This document shows, piece after piece, positions 52,930 to 64,000 of a DNA stretch of 64,000 nt. The position numbers and the translations under genes are program-made. The stretch is from NCBI RefSeq assembly GCF_030144855.1, contig NC_082732.1:11036001-11100000 (forward strand), in the 5' to 3' direction. The DNA is from Hypanus sabinus. Its lineage: Eukaryota. The number at the start of each line of letters is the position of its first letter. Within the stretch, counting starts at the first letter, position 1. The notes beneath the pieces were generated by a model. That model saw nothing but the letters and a program-made list of their open reading frames with translations, was not told the DNA's origin and did no database searches.

Positions 52930-53520
52930 TAAGGCTGCAATGTTGAGGCTTTAAAAAGCACTGTTGAGGCCTCAACTTTACGATGGAGTATTGTGAGCAG
53001 CTCTGAGCTCCTTATCTAAGGGAGGATGTGCTAACACTGCAGAGAGTTCAAAGGGTGTTCACGAAAATGATTCTGGGATTGAAAGGCTTGTCATATGAGG
53101 AATGTTTGATGGCTCTGGGACTCTACTCTCTGGAATTCAGAGGAATGAGGGGTGGGCTTATTGAAACCTGTCAGATGCTGAAAGGCCACAATGGAGAGAA
53201 GGACAAGGTCTAAGACCAGAGGACACAGCCTCAGAATAGAGGGACATCCTTGTAGAACAAAGATGGGGAAGAATTTCTTGAGCCAAAGAGTGGTGAATCT
53301 GCAGAATTCATTGCCATGGGCAACTGTGGAGGTCAAGTCTTTGGGTAATATAAGGTAAAGGTTAATATACTCTTGGATAGTCAGGGCATGAAGGGATATG
53401 GGAAAGAGGGAGGATATTGGGGTTGAGTGGGAAATGGATCAGGCATGATGAAATGGTGGAGCAGACTTGATGGGTCAAATGGCCTAATTCTGCTCCTATA
53501 TCATATGGTCTTATGGTCTT
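52930..53520 (+). mobile_element. CR1-type LINE 3' fragment
   Basis: LTLQRVQRVFTKMILGLKGLSYEECLMALGLYSLEFRGMRGGLIET, with a (tatggtct)n tail. Confidence 0.8.
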
Positions 53521-53754
53521 AATGATATAAAATGGAGACTACAAAGCATAATGGATTAGTTGAGGCAGCCTCTGTTAGGGTTATGGGGTTTAGGGCATCA
53601 TGTGGAAAAATCGTTGTGTTTCTAGTTTTGATAAAACTGGACCTGTAAGAATGCAGGCTGTAGGATGAAATGAGAAAGGCCAGTCCACACACAACTTAAC
53701 CTAGACAAATGAAAGGTAATACTAGCTGCTAGCGTGGCTTTTTCAGTTCCAGGT

Positions 53755-54427
53755 TGTGCTGTCTTTACGACAGTTAATTAGTTTATAATATTTTCACTTA
53801 GTAATTCATTTGTTAGTATTTTCTAGTTAGAATTAGAAGTGTTTAAAGTATATTCATTGCATGTAAAATATATCAGCATGCGATGATGTCACATCCAGTT
53901 TCGCCGCGTCCTGTGGGAAAATACCGGTTTGAGATTAATGCGAGGGTGGGGGCTCACCACGAGGCACACCTGAGCAGAAGTTGTTTTGCAGGCATTAGAA
54001 ATCACAGTGAGAGCAACGCTGTAAGTTAATAGATAATCGATATATTGAACTAAGATGTTAATGCCGATCCTGTTAAAAGTAACGACGGTCGATAATGTTT
54101 ATGCTTTCGTTAGTTAAAGAGTTGCGGATAGTTTGCATTGAAGTGTATTTAAAGTAGTCAATGGAGCAGGTAAACTCTCCCTGTATACTGCACCTTAGTG
54201 TAATGTAGTTATAGTCATCTTTGCAAGTATTTACAATTGAAATGTGATATTAAGGAAGGAACAAATACTGTATCAATCTTGTATTGTTTTATTAACAGTT
54301 TTCACCATATGTTAATGTGAAGAGTGAACAGTAAATGGTTAATCTTACTGCGATCTGGTTTCATTGACTGTGGTTTATCTCGATGTTGAATTCGGCGTTA
54401 TTAGTACACCCGAAGGAGAATGTTACA
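53755..54427 (+). mobile_element. Solo LTR (673 bp) with perfect 5-bp TSD (possibly BEL/Pao-type)
   Basis: TGT...ACA termini, TSD caggt at 53750-53754 and 54428-54432, CpG-retaining interior. The superfamily assignment is inference. Confidence 0.85.
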
Positions 54428-55289
54428 CAGGTAGTCAAAGGTGCTTAGCATCCTACAGGAGTGCATTGACTGGGTGGATGTATAAGAAATGATACCTTGG
54501 GATTAAATACACTGTTTATTTATTCATGTCAGATTGCTGCTTGTAAAAGTAACAAACTTGGATGTTGCAGCGAAGTAGGAAGAGCCAACAGGGTGCAGGC
54601 GGCCCCACGGACTTGTTATATTTGCATGAAGAGACTTCTGCTCCAACGAATAATTGTTCCAAAGTCGAAGATATGCATTCAATCCTTTAGCAGCAATTGT
54701 AGCCAGAGTGTAAGCTAAGTATAGTTGAGATGTATTGAGTGGCCATCAAAAAATATGACATCCATTGGCTCCTGGACTAAATGAAACTGACAAAAACAAA
54801 GCAGGAATGAGTAACTAAATGCCACACTTTTACAATGCTGCCAACCATGTGACTAGTTACATAATAAACACAATAAATACACAAGATAGAATACAATGCA
54901 GAGAGATGATAGATGCATGGCTTCAACATGGGGCATGAGAGGAAAATGGGTCAATACGTCATTCGTGAAGACAAAAGACTAGTTGATGCTCAGTTTAATA
55001 CCCTGCATCAGTACTGCGAGTGCAGAGGGGACAGAGTCACTATTAAGAAGTGAGAGTGAAGAGTGAAATTGTGGTTTTCATGCATTCGATGGAACCTGGT
55101 GAGGATGTCGATGATGGGGAGATGGAGGGAGTCTCAGCAAGAACAAGAAGGCAGTAGAAACCACAGGGTGGGAGAAGTGAGGGAAAGAATCACAAAACTC
55201 ATATAAAAGAGAGAAGGAAATCTTGAAGTTGGTTGTGAGCCCTCTTGATCGAGAGAAGATTGACACTATCATTGCAGCCATCAAGTGCA

Positions 55290-55960
55290 GTCATTCAGTC
55301 TGGAGAATACAAACTGGCAATATGCAGCTTTCCTAAATTGTATCTCGAGGAAAATTTCCTGAATATAGAATGGAGAGAGAGGAAGTTAACTTTTACACTT
55401 AATATTTAGCAGTCTATAACAAATAAAGCAGAACAGACTAAAGGAAAGGTGTTATTGTATCCTGTTTGCCACAAGTGGAGAGAAGTTTTTCACATAAGGC
55501 CTGAGGGAATGCAATAGATACATCATTATGAGTTCCCTGGAGATAAAACAATTGACCATTACCAGCTTGCTCCTTGGAGTCAGAAACAGGGAGTATCCTT
55601 CAGCACTTATTTTCAAAGTGCTAGGATTATTAGCAGAGACCCAGCATGTTGCAAATCTGAAGGACTCGCTCATTGCTGAGGAGTATTTGTCAGGCAGTTT
55701 ACCAAAGGGAGCAGTTGCTACATGAGACAAAATGAACTCCATAAATGTATATTCAGATATTAAAGTTATATGGTTGACCAAGGCTAGTACATAACCCTTG
55801 GACGGCCAGCAAAAAGAAATACCCACAGTTGAAGTGTGAGACCAAAGATAGTAAAAAGGAAGGAATGCCACATTTGGTTAAGTTTTGCAAGTATTGTGGG
55901 AAATATCATGAGGAATGAAAGAGAAATGCCGAAATGGGAAAAGGCGAATCCAAAGCAGAT
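55290..55960 (+). mobile_element. Decayed Gypsy gag fragment
   Basis: QKQGVSFSTY / LGLLAETQHVANLKDSLI / FCKYCGKYH remnants resemble Gypsy gag with a zinc knuckle. Confidence 0.5.
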
Positions 55961-56334
55961 TGGAAAATGAGCTGTATATCTGGTAGATAATGAAGATAAT
56001 ACAGATAGCCTTGGAACAAGCTCTCAAGGTTTTGTATCTTCTGCCCAATGGGAGAGAGGAGAAGAGAGAATGACTGGGGTAGGAGTGGTCCTCAAGTACT
56101 TTTGCTGCTTTCCTGTGGCAGAGAGAAATGTAGAAAGAGTCAATGGATAGGAGGCAGGTTGTGTGATAGACTGGGCTGTGTTCACAACTTTCTGACATTT
56201 CTTGCTCCATTGCCATACCAAGTTGTGATGCATATCGACAGGTTTCTTTCTGCAGTGCCTTAAAAATTGTTAAGAGTCATTAGGTCATCATCATTATGCG
56301 CCGTGTTGTATAATGTAGGTGATTATGCTCTTTC

Positions 56335-58035
56335 AGAATCAGAATCAGGTTTACTATCACTGGCATGTGTCGTGAAATTTGTTAACATAGCAGCAGCAGT
56401 TCAATGCAATATGTAATAAATAAATAAATGAATGAATAAATATAAATACAGTACACATATACTGAATAGATTAAAAACAGAAATATATATGTTAAAAAAG
56501 TGAGGTAGCATTCAAGGGTTCAATGTCCATTTAGAAATTCCATGGCAGACGGGAAAAAGCTGCTTCTGAATCGCTGAGAGTGTGCCTTCAGGCTTCTGTG
56601 CCTCCTACCTGATGATAACTGTGAGAAAAGGGCATTCCCTGGGTGCTGGAGGTCCTTAATAATGGACACTGCCTTTCTGATACACCGCTGCTTGAAGATG
56701 TCCTGAGTTAGTACCCAAGATGGAGCCAACTAAATTTACAACCCTCTGCAGCTACTTTTGGTCCTGTACAGTAGCCCCCTCCCTATACCAGACAGTGATG
56801 CAGCCTGTCACAATGCTCTCCATGGCACATCTATAGAAGTTTTTGAGTGTACTTGTTGACATACCCAATCTTTTCAAACTCTTAATGAAGTATAGTCACT
56901 TCTTTGCAACTGCACCGATATGTTGGGACCCAGTTAAGTCCTCACAGATCTTGATAGCCAGGAACTTGAAACTGCTCACTCTCTCCACTTCTGATCCCTC
57001 TATGAGGACTAGCATATGCTCCTTCATCTTACCCTTCTTGAAGTCCACTATTTGCTCTTTCGTCTTACTGACATTGAGTGCAAAGTTGCTGCAGTGACAC
57101 CACTCCACTAGTTGGCATATTTCATTCCTGTTTGCTCTCTCATCTGAGATTCTACCAACAATGGTCATATCATCAGCAAATTTTTAGATGGTATTTGATC
57201 TATGCCTAGCCACACAGTCATGGGTATAGAGAGAGTAGAGCAGTGGGCTAAGAACACACACGCGAGGTGCACCAGTGTTGATCGTCAGCGAGGAGGAGAT
57301 GTAATCACCCATCTGCACAGATTGTGATCTTCTGGTTGGGAAGTTGAGGATGCAGTTGCAGAGGGAGGTACAGAGGCCCAGGTTCTGTAACTTCTCAATC
57401 AGGATTGTGGGAATGATGGTATTAAGTGCTGAGCTACAGTCGATGAACAGCATCCTGACATTGGTGTTTGTGTTGTTTAGGTGGTCTAAAGCCGTGTGGA
57501 GAGCCATTGAGATTGTGCCTGCTGTTGACCTCTTGTACTGATAGGTAAATTGCAATGGGTCCATGTCCTTGCTGAAGCAGGAGTTTAGTCTAGTCATGAC
57601 CAACCACTCAAATCATTTCATCACTGTAGGTGTGAGTGCTACTGGGCAATAGTCATTAAGGCAGCTCACATTATTCTTCTTGGGCACTAGTATAATTGTT
57701 GCCTTTTTGAAGCAAGTGGGGATTTCTGCCCTTGGCAGTGAGAGGTTGAAAATATCCTTGAATACTCCCGCCGGTTGCTTGGCACAAGTTTTCAGAGCCT
57801 TACCAGAAACCCTACCCGGACCTTCTGCCTTGCGAGGGTTCACCCTCTTTAAAGGCAGCCTAACATCGGCCTCTGAGACATTGATCACAGGGTCATCAGG
57901 TGCAGCAGGGATCTTCACAGCTGTAGTTATATTCTCCCTTTCAAAGCAGACATAGAAAGTGTTGAGTTCATCTGGTAGTGAAGCATCGCTGCCATTCATG
58001 CTATTGAGTTTCGCTTTGTAGGAAGTAATGACTTG
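56335..58035 (-). mobile_element. Rex1/Babar LINE, RT domain to 3' tail, frameshifted
   Basis: CLNDYCPVALTPTVMK; DPLQFTYQYKRSTAGTISMALH...VRMLFIDCSSALNTIIP...TGAPRVCVLSPLLYSLYTHDC; LNVSKTKEQIVDF; (ctgatt) tail at ~56335-56348. Confidence 0.92.
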
Positions 58036-60339
58036 CAAACCCATGACCATCCAAGACCATGATTGTTCTTCGCAATCTTTTCTACAGAAGTGGTTTGCCA
58101 TTGCCTTCTTCTGGGCAGTGTCTTTAAAAGATGGGTGATCCCAGCCATTATCAATACTCTTCAAAGATTGTCTGCCTGGTGTTGGTGGTCGCATAACCAG
58201 GGCGGGACACGTGCACCAGCTGCTCATTCGAACATTCACCACCTGCTCCCATGGCTTCATGTGACCCAGATTGTTGGGGAGGGGGAATTGATGCTAAGCA
58301 GGTGCTACACCTTGCCCAAGGGTGACCTACAGGCTAGAGGAGGGAAGGAGTGCCTTACACTTCCTTCAGAAGAGATGCATCTCCACTCCGCCACACAACT
58401 CATCAGGGTGCATGTTGTATTTCCTTTAGCTTTTGAGTGGCCTTGCTGTAGTTTCTTGCTATTGTCCACATGGCTGAATCAGGACAAGTTGATGGTGATA
58501 CTTACACTTAAGAACTTGAAGTTTTTAACCATTTTCTCTTCAGCGTTCCTTAATTCAGACAGGGCAAGTGCTCTCCACGGCTTCCTGAAATTAATAACGG
58601 GCTACTTTGTGTTAATAAAGGAACACACAATTGATTCTGAGTGATAATTTAGTTGTTTTGTTTGCTTTAGCTCTTTGTATTGAAGGAAGGAAATAACATG
58701 TGTGATATGTTTCATAGAATCCATGAAGACATGAATTTGTACACGAGTACATTTGTTCCTGTAACACTATCAACCCTTGAACATTTGTGTCAAGTGACTA
58801 TCCGTAGCCTGGTGTTGCAACTGTATTAGAGGGCAGACAGTCCCAGAGAGACTGTTGAAAGAAAGCAACTGTATGCAAATTGTTCCATAAATAATGCAGC
58901 TTTGTCTGTAGTTTAAATCACAAATTATTTCCAGTCCCTTGGAGAGATGAAAGGAATATACTCAGATAATCACCAGCCATTGCAGCTGACTACTGTATAA
59001 TGGCTGTACTGGGTCATATAGACATACTCTTGGTATCTTCAAACTGTGATGGGTCGCTTTCAGCTCTCCAGATGTGGTTTAATATGTCTGTCAGTTCTCC
59101 CTCGGATTCAATATCACGCTGAACAAAATAAGCAGAATACTGACACCCACCTCAGCAGGAGTGAAATTCTGCCTGGACAGCCTAGAATCTGCAAGTATGA
59201 ACACTGAATTATCTATCTCCTGACAGCTTTGCTTTACTCCACCCCTCCCCCCCAGTAGCTTTTCTTTCCCCTGAGCCATGCTTCTTACCCCTCTTCCCAT
59301 CTGCCCATCACCCACTCACTGGCTCCCTTTTGCCCATCCTACCTCACTGTTCTACGCTCTGCCTTCCTCTGCTGCTAGAAGCTATCGTCTTTAACCCTGA
59401 ACGTCCTGAAGAAGGGTGTTGGCCTGGAAAGTCAGCCGTTTGTTCATTTTCATGGATGCTGCCTGACCTGCAGAATTTCTTGCATTTATCTTCAACCTTT
59501 TGTCATTCGCACTTACTGTATCACCTCGCATCCTGTTACGCACAATTTATATTTGAGAGGTAGAACATGTTTGTATCCAGTAAGTATGTAGTGTTCTGCC
59601 TTACACATATCAAGTGAGATCTTTCCGTTGTCCCTGTGGTTCTCTAAACTTTACAGCATATCACTCTGGTACCCATATTTAACTCAGCAAGCCTGGATGT
59701 TGTCAACTTCCTTATATAGACCTGCTCAGCTAAAATTTCTACTTCATGGTCAGTCAAATGGGATTGAGGCATTCCAGCTTTACTACTAATGTGAATGCAG
59801 GCCACTTTGGGAAACAAACAAACTCATTTTACAGACATCTGTAAATTGAGTTTTTCCTTAAGTTGGAAAATACAGAAAAATCACTCTGTATAATAATCAT
59901 ACCACCATAGTATTAAATAATGGCATCAAAATCTCATGATTAATAAAAATGTTCTTTAAAATTGAGAGAGAGAGAGAAAACAGTTCTGCTGTTCATAGGA
60001 AGGACTGGGCGTATATCAGATTTTTAAATTATGTAGGGGTTATCTATAAGTTAGACAGTTCTGAACCAGGGACAGCCTGAAGTCTATTATATTTCTAATT
60101 ATTTTTGCCTACTTGAAAGATTAAACAACTGAGAGCTATGGGGAACTGGCAAATCGAGCTGAGGCCATTTTGGATCAGCCGTGATTGTATTGAATAGTGA
60201 GTTAGCATTGAGGAGGCCTGGTGGCCTATTCCTGCTCTTATTTTCTTGCATTCTTGTTCTTGTTCTGTTTCTCTGTCATTCTGGGAATTTGTACAAGTTG
60301 CAACATGTGTAAGTTGCACTAGTCCTTTAAGATGTAGTG

Positions 60340-60419
60340 CAGGGTTTCTCAACCTCTTTCATGCCATGGACCAATTCCATTAAGCAAAGTGTCCATAAAC
60401 CCCAAGCTGGGAACCCCTG
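60340..60419. mobile_element. Tiny hAT-type MITE (80 bp)
   Basis: cagggtttctcaac / gctgggaacccctg TIRs. Interior homologous to 28867-28937. Confidence 0.65.
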
Positions 60420-60894
60420 ATTTGTTTCAACTTTACAAGTCAGTGTTTGCACCAAATTCTTGTGGATGTGATCAACATTACTTATCAATTCCCAATTAAG
60501 CAGCATTTAAAAATGCTGTCTTCAGCACTTTTGGTCTAGAAGTTACACAATTATATCCACAATCCTCCAATTTGAACTGCTGCACTTGCTGATTTGCCTG
60601 CTTAATGGTCCCAACAGCACTTAGTTTTGTGGAAGTCTTCCAGAAATGTGTAGCAAATAAATACTAGAGTTCCCCTTCTGGTAGGGAATGAAGTGACTGA
60701 TACTTACGTTGGAATGGTAAACATGCAGTAATCTTTGTCTTTGCAAGTTCAATTACACTGTTCAGCAAAGAAGCAGGACCTTCAGTTGATTGTGTCTATG
60801 TTGGTAAAATTAAGAACCCATATATTAATCCATTTATCAGCCTTACATGCCATGCCAATTCAAGTTCTCATTTAAATAATTTTTAAATCTTATG

Positions 60895-61330
60895 CCCATA
60901 GGATATAAGGGCAGAATTAGGATATTCAATCCATTAAGTTTCCTCCACTATTTAACTGCATTCTTCCAGTATCCCTTTACCCCCTTAGCAGTCAAGGACC
61001 TATCACTCTTTGCCTTAAATACACCCAAAGGCTTGACCTTCACAACCTTTAATGGCAAGAAATGCCACAGATTTAATACCCTCTGGCTGTAGAAACCCTC
61101 CCTCATCTCAGCTTTAAGGAAAGTCCTTTTATTCTGAAGGTGTGCTCTCGGATCCTGAACTCTACTAATAATGGAAGTGTCCTCTCTATCTCCACCCTAA
61201 TCACGCATTTTAGTATTTAGTTGTAGGTTTTAATGAGATCCCCCCCCCCCCCGCCCTCACCTTTCTGAAATCCTCACATGCTAGTTCTTTCACTCCTATG
61301 ATCATTTTTCTGAATGTTACCTGGACCCTT
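60895..61330 (-). mobile_element. CR1-type LINE 3' fragment
   Basis: Reverse complement of a CR1 C-terminus and UTR (cacagatttaataccctctggctgtagaaa, ttttattctgaagg). Confidence 0.6.
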
Positions 61331-61376
61331 CATTGATTTCTGAAGGCAAAGTATTAAAAAAGGCAGAAAATGGAAG

Positions 61377-61715
61377 TAACACATACAAAATATTGGTGGA
61401 ACACAGCAGGCCAGGCAGCATCTATAGGGATAAGTGCTGTTGACGTTTTGGGCTGAGACCCTTTGTCAGGACTGACTGAAAGGAAAGATAGTAAGAGATT
61501 TACCCCACCCACTCCAGTCTTCTCCTATCAATTCGCATTTTCCCCTCCCCCTCCTATTTCCAAATCTCTTGCTATCTTTCTTTTCAGTTAGTCCTGACAA
61601 AGGGTTTCAGCCCAAAACGTCAACAGCGCTTCTCCCTATAGATGCTGCCTGGCCTGCTGTGTTCCACCAGCATTTTGTGTGTGTTGCTTGAATTTCCAGC
61701 ATCTGCAGATTTCCT
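61377..61715. mobile_element. Fold-back Penelope-tail mini-element with 12-bp TSD, inserted just upstream of Gypsy gag
   Basis: Inverted arms ~61378-61501 and ~61562-61685. TSD agaaaatggaag at 61365-61376 and 61716-61727. Confidence 0.9.
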
Positions 61716-61757
61716 AGAAAATGGAAGAACTTGTGTTCATGGTGACAATAAACAGAA

Positions 61758-62948
61758 ATGGTTGGCTACATTGGAAAGACAGACACATTTGATTACACAG
61801 AAGAAAAAAGTATTTTATATACTGAGCAAATTAAGCAGCATTTTGAAGCAAATGAAGTAGCCAAAAAAAAGTGCCAATTTTGCTGAGTACATTGGATTTA
61901 AAGGCAAACAGTGTGCATCAAAGGTTGACTGCTCTGACCAAACCTGCAGAAATAAGCTTTGCTGCTATTGTGAAAGATATGCAGGAATATTTAGAACTGA
62001 AGCCTTTGTTGATTGCAGAGCACTTCAGGCAGGTTTCATAAGTGGAATCAAAAAGAAGGGCAGTTCATTTCAGTGTGTGTGGCTAAATTGAAGAGATTTT
62101 CTGAACTTTGTCAGTTCAGAGCTTAAAGATACACAAGAGATCATTTAGTTTGTGGAATTTTACAGTACAAGGAAGCATTCAGAAATGGCTCCCAATTGAA
62201 GTCCAGCTTATATTTAAAACAGCAGTTGAAATCATTGATTGCAGACAGACGCAGTTGATCTGTAGAGAGGAATGAAAGTGAATGTGAATACAATTGCAGC
62301 ATCCAAACAGAAACTAGCCTGGCCAAACAAATTGTGCTACCATTGTAGCAGAGATCTCACATACACCAAAAGTATGCAGAATTACGGTTAAACCTGCAGA
62401 AAATGCAACAAGGTAGGACACACACAAAGAACATATTGGTCAGACAAAAATAAATAGACTGCGTAGGGAAAAGAAAAGGTTAAAAAATCGAATTGTAGTT
62501 TCAAAAATCTGCATGCTGTTTGTGAAAAATCTGATAATGATCAGAGTTGCACAGGACCAAGCAGCCTTCAGATTTACAATGTGAAAATTAACAATAGACA
62601 AGCAATGTGGCTTACACCAGAAGTGAACAACAAATTAGTTAAAATAGAAATAGACACTTGTTTGGCTGTTTTAGTAATTCTACAACATGAGTTTGAGAGG
62701 CACTGAAGAATCTAAACTGCAGCCTGTAGATATCCAACTGGAGAAAAGATAACTCCTGTAGGAATTACATCTGTAACAGTGAAATACAACAAGCAACAAG
62801 CCACATTGAGGTTGTATTGTGGGGGTGGGGTTGGCTGAGACAGCTACAATTTGACTGAAGATCCATTCACAATTTGCATGCCACATCCCCTGCAATGAAG
62901 CCATATGAAAGCAAATTAGGAAAGGTACCGGATGATTCCACAACTGTC
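61758..62948 (+). mobile_element. Decayed Gypsy gag-protease region
   Basis: MVGYIGKTDTFD...YTEQIKQHFEANEV...PILLST...KPLLIAEHFR...RDHLVCGI. Knuckle TCRKCNKVGH at ~62390-62425. Protease KIEIDTC at 62641-62661 (DTG decayed). Post-protease WLRQLQFD...KLGKVPDD. Confidence 0.88.
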
Positions 62949-63549
62949 TCCATGCTGGACACCATGAATACTTGCCCAACAGAGGACAAAGATGTGTTGG
63001 TGCTGACCTCTGTGCCTCTGGTTGGAAAGAATAAGGAAGGACACTGTTGCTCAGAGGAAGCTTGGAAGTGGCTAATGCAGTGGTCTAACTACAAGAGCTT
63101 TTGTAGGCACCATATCTGAGAATGCTTCTAATATGTTAATCAAGCAGTTACTAATTAAATGTGGCTTTGTTTTAAGCTGGAAGGGAGTACACGGAGTTTC
63201 AGCAAAGTTGCAAGCATCTGGTTTTTGTGAATTTACAGAACCAGAATCTACTCCTGTGTGCATTGAAGTTATTGCATAAACTTCAAGCGGGAGACAAAAA
63301 AACTGCTAGTCAAAGAAGACCGACAGACCAAAGTCCAGCAAGATGAAAGGAAAGCTAAAAAACAAAGGAGTCAATTGAGATACAAAAACAAAGGGTTTGT
63401 CAGATGATGTTGTGGATGTGGAAACTAAGAGAAAAGATCAGATCATAAAGGGAGCTATAGAAGGACTAATAAGAGAATACTCCACTGATCTAAGTGGACC
63501 TTCCCAAGATCAAGATGCACAAAGAAGAAGAAAAAGGAAGAAGAAGAAA
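62937..63549 (+). pseudogene. RBM25: Intron-less RBM25 fragment (retrocopy): N-terminal flank, RRM and following helix, embedded in a Gypsy element
   Basis: Manual translation across frameshifts: VLVLTSVPLVGK / SGLTTRAFVGTISENASNMLIKQLLIKCGFVLSWKGVHGVSAKLQASGFCEFTEPEST / LCALKLLHKLQAGDKK / LLVKEDRQTKVQQDERKAKK / KGVN*DTK...VDVETKRKDQIIKGAIEGLIREYSTDLSGPSQDQDAQRRRKRKKKK. This is colinear with vertebrate RBM25 as recalled (TTVFVGNISEKASDMLIRQLLAKCGLVLSWKRVQGASGKLQAFGFCEYKEPESTLRALRLLHDLQIGEKKLLVKVDAKTKAQLDEWKAKK...DEETKRRDQMIKGAIEVLIREYSSELNAPSQ). At least 3 frameshifts and a TGA at 63376. The 5' boundary is uncertain (62937-62990). Confidence 0.93.
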
Positions 63550-63818
63550 TGTGTCCAGAGCTGTCTGAAGCACTTCCTACTGTCTCAGATTCAACTCCAA
63601 CAATCACCAAAGAGGAGGCCCAGGGACTTGAGATTGGGGTGGCTACCACTGTCAGAACCATTTCCCACAGTCTCAGATTCAGCTTCTACAACCACTACAG
63701 AGAGGCCCCAGAACCTGAGATCGTTTCACAGCCAGTCACACCTACCAAGCAGAGAGATCTCTCTAGTCAGGAAAAACGTTATCCCACAGGAGTAAGAAGC
63801 CCTAACGCAAAATTAGAC
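63543..63818 (+). mobile_element. Gypsy integrase C-terminal tail
   Basis: P/E/S/T-rich CPELSEALPTVSDSTPT...EAPEPEIVSQP ending in KRYPTGVRSP..L, the RRYPxRxRxxPxRL-type terminal motif of Gypsy pol. No clear 3' LTR follows within the window. Confidence 0.75.
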
Positions 63819-64000
63819 CCTCATTCCCAGACTCCAGTGTCTTCCTTTGAAATGGTTTAATGTTTTGAAGTCACAGAACATAACACTCAATATTGCTCAT
63901 GACATTCCACAAAAGGTCTGACCATTGCCTTACAAAGCCTCAGCATTACAAATCTGCATTTAGATGTTGTCAGATTCTTCTCTTCCACCACCCTTTAAGT

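Overview
Eukaryotic, AT-rich, transposon-dense genomic DNA. The repeat repertoire (CR1, Rex1/Babar, L2, Penelope-like elements, V-SINEs, Gypsy and other LTRs, Tc1, hAT) suggests a cartilaginous fish, most likely a ray; this is inference. I found no intact host gene and no CRISPR, rRNA or tRNA gene, so the window looks intergenic or deep-intronic. There is one 138-nt N gap (1852-1989). The standout feature is at the right end: a decayed Gypsy retrotransposon (gag, zinc knuckle, protease, 61758-62948) whose RT/RNaseH/integrase core is replaced by about 610 bp of intron-less, sense-oriented RBM25 coding sequence (RRM plus flanks, ~62937-63549). The Gypsy integrase C-terminal tail resumes after it, which fits a host mRNA captured inside an LTR element. 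A second, weaker capture candidate (myosin-tail-like peptide) lies in the Gypsy 3' end at the left edge. Other well-supported items are several solo LTRs with TSDs, an internally deleted hAT element with a perfect 8-bp TSD, fold-back Penelope-derived mini-elements with 12-16 bp TSDs, a CORE-type SINE with a 10-bp TSD, and a 42-bp minisatellite. Family assignments come from recalled protein and repeat motifs, not database searches. Coordinates of decayed repeats are approximate.
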